DNA from: Betaproteobacteria bacterium
GTDB lineage: Bacteria; Pseudomonadota; Gammaproteobacteria; Burkholderiales; SG8-39
Direction of reading: 5' to 3'
Assembly: GCA_029858545.1 (NCBI GenBank)
Contig: JAOUFA010000003.1
Location: 1-35,448, forward strand
DNA: 35,448 bases
The notes under the pieces are model-generated. The model worked only from the letters and a program-made list of their open reading frames with translations. It ran no database searches and was not told the DNA's origin. Every line of letters starts with the position of its first letter. Position 1 is the first letter of the stretch. The translations under genes and the position numbers were made by a program. Below, one piece after another: positions 8,619 to 17,150 of this stretch.

Positions 8619-8687
8619 TTGTTGAGCCCGGGCAGGCAGTGGCGGCGAAGGACCTGCTCGCCGAGCCGGATTGATTTTCCTATCCCT
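8463..8687. mobile_element. Possible 225-bp MITE-like unit bounded by 20-bp imperfect terminal inverted repeats
   Basis: 8463-8482 AGAGATAGGCAAATCAATCC matches the reverse complement of 8668-8687 (AGGGATAGGAAAATCAATCC) at 18/20. No convincing target-site duplication. Confidence 0.45.
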
Positions 8688-8792
8688 GGATGGCATGATC
8701 GCCATGACCCACGCATGAACGTCCGACCTGTCCGATCCGCCGCGGTCCTGCGGACCATGCAGCGCTGGGCCTGAAACCGGAGAACCCCAGCC

Positions 8793-9254
8793 ATGACCAA
8801 CCGCAGCAAGGCATTTCACGTGTCGCCGACAAATCCGGCAGTCGGCGAGATCCAGACCGAACCCGAGCGTTATCAGGACATGCCCTATGCGCCGGCCATC
8901 CGCGTCGAGGGCGGCGATCTGCTCTTCATCTCCGGGGCGACGCCTTCGCCGCTATACCACAAGCATCCGCACGTGATCTCCGAGCATGAGCATCCCAACG
9001 GCATCAAGGAACAGGTACGCCGGGCAATGAATACGGTACAGAACATCCTGAAGCATGAGGGTCTGGCGTGGACCGACGTCGTCAAGATGACAAAGTACCT
9101 GACCGACATGCGCGACATGGACGGCATGAACGAGGTGCTGCCCGAATATCTCAAGAACTGGCGGCCCGCCAGCACCACGATCTGCGTCAATCAACTTTCG
9201 ACACCCGGTGCCCGGGTCGAGATCGACGTCATCGCCGCCTTTCCGAAGTCCTGA
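8793..9254 (+). CDS. Rid (YjgF/RidA superfamily) protein
   Basis: YAPAIRV, LLFISG, DVVKMTKYLTD, PAST, ARVEIDVIA; GGAG upstream of the start. Confidence 0.88.
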   Translation: MTNRSKAFHVSPTNPAVGEIQTEPERYQDMPYAPAIRVEGGDLLFISGATPSPLYHKHPHVISEHEHPNGIKEQVRRAMNTVQNILKHEGLAWTDVVKMTKYLTDMRDMDGMNEVLPEYLKNWRPASTTICVNQLSTPGARVEIDVIAAFPKS

Positions 9255-9330
9255 CCCGGCAGGATCCCCGCGTTCGTTGCCGCGCCGTACCGCCGGTCGT
9301 TCCGGGACCGCGCGATAGTGCGCGCAGACG

Positions 9331-11244
9331 CTACCGGACGAGTACCGTCGAGAGAATCGGAAGCGCAGCGACCAGGATGGTTACGGCCATCATCGTGAGC
9401 ACAAAGGGTATCGTGCCCTCGAATATCTCGCGCAGATTCGTGAAGTTCTTGGGCAACGTGCTGTTGACGACGTAGACCGAGATTCCGAATGGCGGGGTCA
9501 GTAGCCCGATCTCGACGCTGATCGTGGTGAGTATCCCGAACCATACGAGATTTCCGCCCAAGGCGGTCACGATCGGCAGCATGACCGGCAGCACCATCAG
9601 CATGATCGACACCGAGTCGAGAATCGTGCCCAGCAGCACGACGATCAGCAGGTAGATCGCCAGGAAGGCCGGCAGGCCCAGCCCCGCTTGCGACACCAAG
9701 TTGGCCGCATAAGTCGGGATGCCCGAGAGCGCCAGCATTCGGCTGTAGAGCGCCGCAGCGATGATCAGGAACAGTATGGCCCCCGTGACGAGTCCCGCCT
9801 CGACCAGGACCTTGGTGAACTCGGAGCGAGGCAGTTTGCGCCGCGCAATCGCGATGACCAGCGCGCCGGCGGCTCCCACGGCACCCGATTCAGTCGGCGT
9901 CATCACCCCTCCGTAGATTCCCCCGATTACGACAACGATCAGCACTAGCATCGGCAGCAGGGCAATCAGCGACGCACGCACCGGCATGTTCGGGATTTCC
10001 GCGATCGCCTTGGGATTGCCGACAAAGCGCGGCCATGTCTTCGCAACGAAGGAAATCATGCCCATGAAGGCGGCTGCGAGGAGCAATCCTGGGATGATCG
10101 CGGCAATGAACAGCTTGCCGATCGAGACCTCAGAGACGAGACCGTAGATGATCAGCAGCAGGCTCGGCGGTATCAGCATGCCCAGCACGGAACTGCCGGC
10201 GACGGTTCCGACCGAAAACCGCCTCGAGTAGCCGTGATCGACCATTTCCGGCACTGCAACGCGGGCGAATACCGTCGCCGAGGCGATCGACGACCCGGTG
10301 ATCGAGGCGAACAATGCGTTGGCCAGGACCGTCGCCATTCCCAAGCCGCCGCGAACGCGCCGCAGCAGCGACGCGGCGACGGCGAACGCGTCGCGCCCGA
10401 CTTCCGCCTTCTCGACCAGCAGCCCCATCAGCACGTAGAGCGGAATCACGGCGAAATCATAGGAGCTGATCGCATTCGAGGCCGCAAGCCCGACCGCGTT
10501 GACCGCGATCGTCTCACTGCCGCGGACCAGCCAGATGCCGATGAACGACAGCACGAAGAGTGCGGTGCCGATCGGCATGCCTGCCAGGAGCAGAACAAGC
10601 ATTCCCAGGACGGAAATCGCGCCTATCTCGGTCGGCCGAAGGTGGCCGAGGAAATTCACGCCGATATAGGCAAGAATCAGGATGGCGAGCGCCGCGAGCG
10701 CGATCCAGCCCAGGCGGTTGCTTGATTCCGGCCGGCGATCGGCTGCGCGTCGTGCGGCGATGCCTTTCACGTGCGCGGCTGCCATGGCAACGAAGCTGAG
10801 TGCGGCAAACGCCGCGCCGATTACGACCGCAAGCTTGAACGGCCAGACAATGACCGCATACGCGCCCTCGACCCCGGCAAACTCAGCAGTACGGATTGCG
10901 CCCAGAAGATCGGGGACCGTCCACAGCAGGACGACCCCGAATACGGTGATACCGGCGAGGGCGAACAGCAGGCCGTAGAGGTGGCCGGCGAACGCAGCCC
11001 GCTGCTCGATGACGCGCAGGATCAGGTCGGCATGAATCATGCGGCCGGCGCGTATGACCTGCGGCAACTGCAGAAAAACGAGGCACGGCACGCTCAACGC
11101 GACGAGTTCCGGCGTCCTCTGGATCGGCGTGTTGAACAGCGCACGGCCCGCGATGTCGCCGCAGATCAGCAGCATGATTGCGAAGATCCACAGCGAACCG
11201 AGCGCAGACAGCGCGGCGGTCAGCGCGGAGAAGGCGCGCGTCAC
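9331..11244 (-). CDS. TRAP transporter fused small+large permease (DctQM)
   Basis: N-terminal DctQ-like 4-TM part (DIAGRALFNTPI, IHADLI), then DctM motifs (VIPLYVLMG, GGLGMATV, SITGSS, GMLIPPS, GGIYGGVMTPTES, GLLTPPFG). Confidence 0.92.
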   Translation of the reverse strand: MTRAFSALTAALSALGSLWIFAIMLLICGDIAGRALFNTPIQRTPELVALSVPCLVFLQLPQVIRAGRMIHADLILRVIEQRAAFAGHLYGLLFALAGITVFGVVLLWTVPDLLGAIRTAEFAGVEGAYAVIVWPFKLAVVIGAAFAALSFVAMAAAHVKGIAARRAADRRPESSNRLGWIALAALAILILAYIGVNFLGHLRPTEIGAISVLGMLVLLLAGMPIGTALFVLSFIGIWLVRGSETIAVNAVGLAASNAISSYDFAVIPLYVLMGLLVEKAEVGRDAFAVAASLLRRVRGGLGMATVLANALFASITGSSIASATVFARVAVPEMVDHGYSRRFSVGTVAGSSVLGMLIPPSLLLIIYGLVSEVSIGKLFIAAIIPGLLLAAAFMGMISFVAKTWPRFVGNPKAIAEIPNMPVRASLIALLPMLVLIVVVIGGIYGGVMTPTESGAVGAAGALVIAIARRKLPRSEFTKVLVEAGLVTGAILFLIIAAALYSRMLALSGIPTYAANLVSQAGLGLPAFLAIYLLIVVLLGTILDSVSIMLMVLPVMLPIVTALGGNLVWFGILTTISVEIGLLTPPFGISVYVVNSTLPKNFTNLREIFEGTIPFVLTMMAVTILVAALPILSTVLVR

Positions 11245-11300
11245 GATGCCGGCAGGTCAGAGAGCCAGCCGCGCGAGGGGCGCGACTGGCTGCAAGAAGA

Positions 11301-12386
11301 TCAGAGTCCCTCGTCCCAGTTACGCAGCGGCTTGGCGCCGCGCGCGCGCATTTCCGTCATGAACGACTTCATGATGTCGGCAGCGGGTATTCCCTTCGCC
11401 GAGTTGGACGCGACGAATTCCTTGCTGACGTTGCCCATGGCGTCTATCCAGCGCTTGCGGTCTGCTTCCGAGAGTGAGCTGATCTTGGATCCGGCAGCCA
11501 CCATGGCATCGATCGACCCCTTGACCCGCGCTTTGACTTCCTTGGCGTGGACGGTCGAATACTCGCGGCCCAGTTTGCCAAGGACCGCCTTGACGTCAGG
11601 GGGAAGTTTCTTCCAGGTGTTGCCGTTGGCGGCAAGGCCGCCGATCGTCGTCACGCCCAGGTCGACGAGCGTGATGTACGGGGCGACTTCAAAGAGCTTG
11701 AAGGAGTAGGCGCCCGTGGAGATGATAAGCGTCCCGTCGGCCACCCCGGTCTGGAGCATCTGGTAATAGGCAGGCAGACCGGCTGCCACCGGGGTCGCAC
11801 CGATCGCCTTTAGCCACGTCGCATGGGCTGTTCCGGCCACGATCTTCTTGCCCTTCAAATCGTCCAGCGACTTGATCGGGAATTTGGTAAACAGATGGTA
11901 GGTATCGGATACCGTCGCGCCAAGAAATACGAGATTGTGCCTGGTCCACTCGGCCTGCATTGCCGGTACCGTATCATTCAGCTTGTTCATCACGTCGATG
12001 GCGATTTCCTCGTCGCTGGTGACGAACGGCGTGGCGAACATGATGTTCTGCAGCGGCAGCTTTGCCGGCTCCCACAGCGCACCGACCCAGCCCATGTCGG
12101 ACACGCCTTGTGCCAGGGGTTCGAGCGTGTTGTTGAAGTTGTACAGCACGCCGCCGAAGGCCTCGTTCCATTCAATTCGATAGTTGCTCTTCGCCGCCTC
12201 GAGCCGCTTGTTGCTCTCGGCAATGACGTGAGTCTTGAGGGCGCCCACCCAGGGTATGCTGGTCGGATGGCTCGAGGACATCGTCAGGCGGATGGTTTCC
12301 ACCCCGGCCGCTGCGGTAGCAAGCCCGAGCATGGCAGCGCCCGCCATTGCAGCGGTAAATCGGAGGTGTTTCCGTGAAGCGATCAT
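11301..12386 (-). CDS. TRAP transporter substrate-binding protein (DctP family)
   Basis: Signal peptide, GVSDMG, PIKSLDDLKGKKI, GATPV, YQMLQTGVADG, WKKLPPDVK. Start taken at ATG 12386, which has AAAGGGG upstream. Confidence 0.9.
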   Translation of the reverse strand: MIASRKHLRFTAAMAGAAMLGLATAAAGVETIRLTMSSSHPTSIPWVGALKTHVIAESNKRLEAAKSNYRIEWNEAFGGVLYNFNNTLEPLAQGVSDMGWVGALWEPAKLPLQNIMFATPFVTSDEEIAIDVMNKLNDTVPAMQAEWTRHNLVFLGATVSDTYHLFTKFPIKSLDDLKGKKIVAGTAHATWLKAIGATPVAAGLPAYYQMLQTGVADGTLIISTGAYSFKLFEVAPYITLVDLGVTTIGGLAANGNTWKKLPPDVKAVLGKLGREYSTVHAKEVKARVKGSIDAMVAAGSKISSLSEADRKRWIDAMGNVSKEFVASNSAKGIPAADIMKSFMTEMRARGAKPLRNWDEGL

Positions 12387-12422
12387 AGGGTACCCCTTTG
12401 CGTATGTGATACGGACCACTGC

Positions 12423-12451
12423 ATTATGTGCGGCCAGCCGCAAAATCACAA
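12423..12451 (-). promoter_or_regulatory. Putative sigma70 promoter for dctP-dctQM
   Basis: Minus strand TTGTGA-N17-CATAAT, ending 36 nt upstream of the dctP ATG. Confidence 0.45.
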
Positions 12452-12510
12452 CGGCGCTGGCGGCTACCGAGTACGCAGCTATCGGGCGCGACGCGATTGC
12501 CCGGGATGTC

Positions 12511-12666
12511 ACGGATAGGGAAATCAATGCGCCTCGAAAGTCTGAACAGCTTGCGTGCGCGCGACAATCCCGTGCTGGAACGCGCCCTGAGCGGTCTGCG
12601 ATGCGCATTATGTCAATCTCGTTCCGCTACGCCCCCCCGAGTGCCGCCATCGGAGCAGAGTCTAGT
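12511..12666. repeat. 156-bp direct repeat, copy 3
   Basis: First 44 nt are identical to copy 1. It diverges mainly in positions 112-141, and has the same length and the same GGAGCAGAGTCTAGT end. Confidence 0.97.
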
Positions 12667-12731
12667 AGCAAGTCGGATCGCGCTTGTCTGCGTACCCGGC
12701 GCAACACCCGGCAGCAAATCAACGCCCCGAA

Positions 12732-13679
12732 TCAGGCCTCGATCAGCGCCTCCAGCACCGCGCACCACGCCACCGAAAGATTCTCCAGACTGTAGCCCCC
12801 GCCGCCGAACGCCATCAGGCGCCCGCGCGCATGACGCTCGGCCAGCGCGAGCGCGCGATGCGTGACCTGCGCGTGCGCGGTGGCGCTCAGGCGCAGGTCG
12901 GCAAGCGGATCGCCCGCGAGCCCGTCGGCTCCGCATTGCAGGATGAAGAACTCGGGCGCGTGCGCGTCTAGAAAGCGTTCGGCTTCTTCCCAGGCACGAA
13001 AGAATTGCGCGTCGTCCGCACCGGGCCGCAGCGGCAGGTTGAGCTTCGTGCCCTCGGCCGCGCCGCGCCCGGTCTCGTGCGCGTGACCGGTGCCGGGATA
13101 GAGAAAACGCCCGTCCTGGTGGATGTCGGCGACGATCAGCTCGGCATCGTCCTCGTACTCGTAGAACACGCCGTCGCCGTGGTGCACGTCGATGTCGATG
13201 TAGGCGATGCGCCGGATGCCGTATTCCGATCGTAACGTCTCGATCAGCACGCCCAGGTCGTTGAATACGCAGAATCCCGCCGCCGCGCCGCGCCGTGCGT
13301 GGTGCAGGCCGCCGACCGGCTGGAAGCTGCGGCGCGCCTCGCCCGCCATCACGCGGCGCGCACCGTCGAGCGCGGCGCCGACCACCTGCGCCGCCGCTTC
13401 ATAACAACCTGGAAAAGCAGGCGTGTCGCCGCCGTCGAGATAGCCCTCGCCGCGCCGCGAGGCCTCGATCACCTCGTCAATGTAGTCGGCGTGGTGAAAG
13501 CGCTCGATCTGTGCGCGCGTCCCCTGAGGCGCCTCGACCACCAACGCGCGCTCGATCAGGCCACGCGCTCGCGCCGCATCAACGAAAGCGCCCTGGCGAT
13601 CGACCGACAGCGGATGCCCCGCGGGAAAGCCGTAGCCGCCGAGTTGCTCGCCGACGAAGAGATGGGTCGCGCGATTCAT
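12732..13679 (-). CDS. Zn-dependent histone deacetylase family protein (AcuC-like)
   Basis: GGLHHA, GFCVFND, DIDVHHGDG, GADGLAGDPL and GGGGY are intact. ATG at 13679 overlaps the upstream stop (ATGA). Confidence 0.92.
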   Translation of the reverse strand: MNRATHLFVGEQLGGYGFPAGHPLSVDRQGAFVDAARARGLIERALVVEAPQGTRAQIERFHHADYIDEVIEASRRGEGYLDGGDTPAFPGCYEAAAQVVGAALDGARRVMAGEARRSFQPVGGLHHARRGAAAGFCVFNDLGVLIETLRSEYGIRRIAYIDIDVHHGDGVFYEYEDDAELIVADIHQDGRFLYPGTGHAHETGRGAAEGTKLNLPLRPGADDAQFFRAWEEAERFLDAHAPEFFILQCGADGLAGDPLADLRLSATAHAQVTHRALALAERHARGRLMAFGGGGYSLENLSVAWCAVLEALIEA

Positions 13680-15787
13680 GCGCCGCCGGCGCGCTCCACC
13701 TCGACGAGACAATCGTAGAAGGTCGCGCCCCCGCCCAGGTCGGCGACGCGCTGCGAGGTGACGTCGTTCGCATTGCGCCCGTCGGGCGAGAACTTCTTCC
13801 ACCACACCGAGGGCGCGACCACCACGCCGCGGCGCGGCTTGCCGTCGACCTGCGCGCGCAGCGTGTAGCTGCCGCGATCGTTGAACACGCGCACCGCGTC
13901 ACCGTCGGCGATGCCGCGCGCGGCGGCATCCTCCGGGTGCATCTCCAGGCGCGGTTCCTTCTCGAAATCGCGAAAGCGCTTCAGGTTCGCGAAGGTCGAA
14001 TTGAGGAAGTGGCGCGCGGGCGGCGAAATGAAGGAAAGCGGATACCTGCGCGCGAGCGCCGTGTTGCTCGCGACCGATTCGGCGGGCGGATTGAAGAAGG
14101 GCAGCGGATCGATGCCCTGCTGCGCGAGCCAGTCGCTGCGGAATTCGCACTTGCCCGAGGGGCTGGGAAAGCCGCCCTGCGCGAAGGGCGCCGAGCGCTC
14201 CGGGACCGGCAGGCGCTGCCAGCCCGCCTGCTTCGCCTCGTCCCAGGAGATGCCGCGCATGCGCGGACTCGTCGAGACGAGCGCCTGGCGGCACAGGTCC
14301 TCGTCCGTATCGCGAAAGCAGGGTTCGTCGAACCCCATGCGCGCGGCGAGGCGCCGGAACACCTCCGTATTGGGCAGCGACTCGCCCACCGGCGCGATTG
14401 CAGGGTTGTTGGCGAGCACGTAGAGATGCCCGTAGGACTTGTGCACGTCGAAATGTTCCAGCTGCGTGGTCGCCGGCAGCACGATGTCGGCGTAGTCCGC
14501 CGTGTCGGTGAGGAACGAATCCATCACCACGCAGAACAGATCCTCGCGCGAGAAGCCGGCGATCACCTTGTTCGAGTCGGGACAGACCGCGACCGGATTG
14601 TTGTTGTAGACGATCACCGCGCGGATGGGCGGCGTCGACGAGGTAAGCGCATCGCCGATCGCCGACTGGTTGACGATGCGCGGCACCCTGCCACCGAGCA
14701 GGTCGGGCCGCTCGAGCGTTGCGTGGTCGAAGGCGTAGAAGTCGCCGGTCGAGAGCAGCACGCCGCCCGCCGCCTCGCGCCAGGCGCCCACCAGCGCCGG
14801 CAGACAGGCGATGGTGCGCGCGGCGATGCCCCCGCCCGCGTGGCGCTGCATGCCGTAGTTGAGCCGGATCGCCGCCGGACGGATCGTGCCGTAGTCGCGC
14901 GCGAGCTGCACGATCTCGGCGACCGGAAGCGCGCAGATCTTCGCCGCCCACTCGGGCGTGTACTGCTTGACCCGCTCGGCGAGTTCGTCGAAGCCGAGCG
15001 TGTGGCGCGCGATGTAGTCGCGGTCGATCAGGTTCTCGGCGACGAGCACGTGCATCATGCCGAGCGCGAGCGCGCCGTCGGTGCCCGGCAGCGGCGCGAT
15101 GTGCTGCGTGCACTTCTCCGCCGAGAGGCTCCGATAAGGATCAATGGCGATGACCTTCGCGCCGCGGCGCTTCGCCTCCTGCACGCGCGACCACAGGTGC
15201 AGGTTGGAGACGATCGGGTTGGTGCCCCACAGGAGGATCAGTTTCGAATCCTCGAAACACTCGGGGTCCATGCCGACCGAGGCACCGAGCGTCGCCTTGA
15301 TGCCGGCCTTGCCCGCCGAGGAGCAGAGCGTGCGATCGAGCAGCGTCGCGCCCAGGCGGTGAAAGAAGCGCCGGTCCATCGAGCTGTACTGCGCCATGCC
15401 CATGGTGCCGGCATAGCTCATCGGCAGGATCGTCTGCGGCCCTTCGTCGGAGGCGGCGAGCGCCTTCAGGCGCGCGGCGATCTCGCCGAGCGCCTCGTCC
15501 CAGGAAATGCGCTTGAATTCGCTCCTGCCCTTCGCGCCGACGCGCTTGAGCGGATGCAGCAGCCGGTCGGGCGCATAAGTACGTTCGAGGTAATGCGACA
15601 CCTTGGTGCACAGCGTGCCGTCGGTGAAGGGCATCGCCGGATCGCCCTTGATCTCGATCGCGCGGCCGTCCTTCACCGTGACCAGCATCGCACAGGTGTC
15701 GGGACAGTCGTGCGGGCAGGCGGCGTGCACCACCTTTCTGTCAGTGTCCTGCGGTTTCAGTGCGCTGGCGGTGTGCGGTGCGTTCAT
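13676..15787 (-). CDS. Molybdopterin (Mo-bisPGD) oxidoreductase with N-terminal 4Fe-4S motif
   Basis: CPHDCPDTC...LCTK, RLLHPLKR, ISWDEAL, WGTNP, PGTDGALALG, TDTADYADIVLPA, FLNSTF, MHPEDAAARGI.DGD.VRVFNDRG. Confidence 0.92.
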   Translation of the reverse strand: MNAPHTASALKPQDTDRKVVHAACPHDCPDTCAMLVTVKDGRAIEIKGDPAMPFTDGTLCTKVSHYLERTYAPDRLLHPLKRVGAKGRSEFKRISWDEALGEIAARLKALAASDEGPQTILPMSYAGTMGMAQYSSMDRRFFHRLGATLLDRTLCSSAGKAGIKATLGASVGMDPECFEDSKLILLWGTNPIVSNLHLWSRVQEAKRRGAKVIAIDPYRSLSAEKCTQHIAPLPGTDGALALGMMHVLVAENLIDRDYIARHTLGFDELAERVKQYTPEWAAKICALPVAEIVQLARDYGTIRPAAIRLNYGMQRHAGGGIAARTIACLPALVGAWREAAGGVLLSTGDFYAFDHATLERPDLLGGRVPRIVNQSAIGDALTSSTPPIRAVIVYNNNPVAVCPDSNKVIAGFSREDLFCVVMDSFLTDTADYADIVLPATTQLEHFDVHKSYGHLYVLANNPAIAPVGESLPNTEVFRRLAARMGFDEPCFRDTDEDLCRQALVSTSPRMRGISWDEAKQAGWQRLPVPERSAPFAQGGFPSPSGKCEFRSDWLAQQGIDPLPFFNPPAESVASNTALARRYPLSFISPPARHFLNSTFANLKRFRDFEKEPRLEMHPEDAAARGIADGDAVRVFNDRGSYTLRAQVDGKPRRGVVVAPSVWWKKFSPDGRNANDVTSQRVADLGGGATFYDCLVEVERAGGA

Positions 15788-15835
15788 CGCGTCCTCAAGC
15801 CGGATTCTCCATGGTATCGACCGATCCCGCCATCT

Positions 15836-17092
15836 TCATTCGAGCGCTTCGTCGAGCAATTCGATCCAGTGTCGGACCGGCGTATCCGTCGCCGCCTGCA
15901 GGTGCGCCAGGCAGCCTATATTCGCCGTGGCGATCTGGGCAGGCTCTCCGAAGCGCAGCGCGGCGAGTTTCCGCGTGCGCAGCAGGCCCGACAATTCGGG
16001 CTGAAGAATGGAATAGGTCCCCGCCGAGCCGCAGCACAGATGCCCCTCCGACACCGGCGTCAGTTCGTATCCCGCACCGGCAAGCAATCCCTCCACCACG
16101 CCGCGTATCTTCTGGCCGTGCTGCAGCGAACACGGCGACTGAAAGGCGAGTTTGCCGCGCCGCGCGCCCTTGACGAGCAGCGGCTCAAGCGCCGCCGCGT
16201 GGTCGGCGACGATCTCCGACAAATCGCGCGCCAGCGCCGCGACGCGCGCCGCCTTGTCGCGGTAGGCGGGGTCGTGCGCGAGATAGCTGCCGAATTCCTT
16301 CACCGTCGAGCCGCAACCGCTCGCGGTCATCACGATCGCCTCGAGCACGCCGTGTGCGGCGGCCTTTTCAGCGTCTCGCTCAACCATCGGCCACCAGCTG
16401 TCGATCAGCGCACGCATGTCGGCCAGGCCTCCGTCCTGATCGTTGAGGTGGTAGCGCACGGCGCCGCAGCACCCCGCCCCGGAGACTTCGACGAGCGAAA
16501 TCCCGACGCGATCGAGCACGCGCGCCGCGGCCGCATTGATGTTGGGCGCGAGCACCGGCTGCACGCAACCGGCGAGCGCGATCACCTTGCGCGCGTGGCG
16601 CGCCGCGGGCCGCGCACCCGCGGCCGCGCCGCGCGGCGGCACCTTCTCCTTCAACGCACGCGGCAGCAGCGGACGCAGTGCCTGCCCAAGCTTCAGCGCG
16701 GCGCCGAAAACGGCCGTGTTGGGCAGCGCCCAGGCAAGCAGCGCACGCCGCGCGCGCTCCCACGCAGAGCGCGGCGCGCGTTCTTCGACCACCCCGCGTC
16801 CGATATCGGCGAGGCGCGCATACTGCACGCCCGAAGGACAGGTGGTCTCACAGGCGCGGCAGGTCAGACAGCGATCGAGGTGCAGGCGCGTCCTCGCGGT
16901 GACGGGCTTGCCTTCGAGCACCTCCTTGATCAGGTAGATGCGCCCGCGCGGTCCATCGAGTTCGTCGCCGAGCAACTGATAGGTCGGGCAGGTCGCGGTA
17001 CAAAAGCCGCAGTGCACGCACTTGCGCAGGATCGCCTCGGCCTCCGCCCCTGCGGGCGTGCCGCGCATGAAATCAGCGAGGTCAGTCTGCAT
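15836..17092 (-). CDS. glcF: Glycolate oxidase iron-sulfur subunit
   Basis: MQTDL...CVHCGFCTATCP, ELDGPRGRIYL, CLTCRACETTCPSGV and two CCG domains (CCGA, CCGSAGTY); glc context. Confidence 0.95.
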   Translation of the reverse strand: MQTDLADFMRGTPAGAEAEAILRKCVHCGFCTATCPTYQLLGDELDGPRGRIYLIKEVLEGKPVTARTRLHLDRCLTCRACETTCPSGVQYARLADIGRGVVEERAPRSAWERARRALLAWALPNTAVFGAALKLGQALRPLLPRALKEKVPPRGAAAGARPAARHARKVIALAGCVQPVLAPNINAAAARVLDRVGISLVEVSGAGCCGAVRYHLNDQDGGLADMRALIDSWWPMVERDAEKAAAHGVLEAIVMTASGCGSTVKEFGSYLAHDPAYRDKAARVAALARDLSEIVADHAAALEPLLVKGARRGKLAFQSPCSLQHGQKIRGVVEGLLAGAGYELTPVSEGHLCCGSAGTYSILQPELSGLLRTRKLAALRFGEPAQIATANIGCLAHLQAATDTPVRHWIELLDEALE

Positions 17093-17150
17093 TGTTCAAA
17101 CCCCGTGCCGGACACTATAGTGGCGGGCATCGACCCTATCGCACGCGACC

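Noticed and set aside
12600-12627. dif-like sequence in repeat copy 3 (GATGCGCATTATGTC, 12/15 to the start of E. coli dif; TTATGTCAA resembles a XerD arm)
   Set aside because: No register gives both an XerC and an XerD arm around a 6-bp spacer, and copies 1 and 2 match less well (TTCTGTCAA).
4932-12666. CRISPR array or classical integron interpretation of the repeats
   Set aside because: The repeats are 156 bp with kb-scale gene-containing spacers. There is no cas or intI gene, no attC terminal boxes, and cargo genes lie in both orientations.
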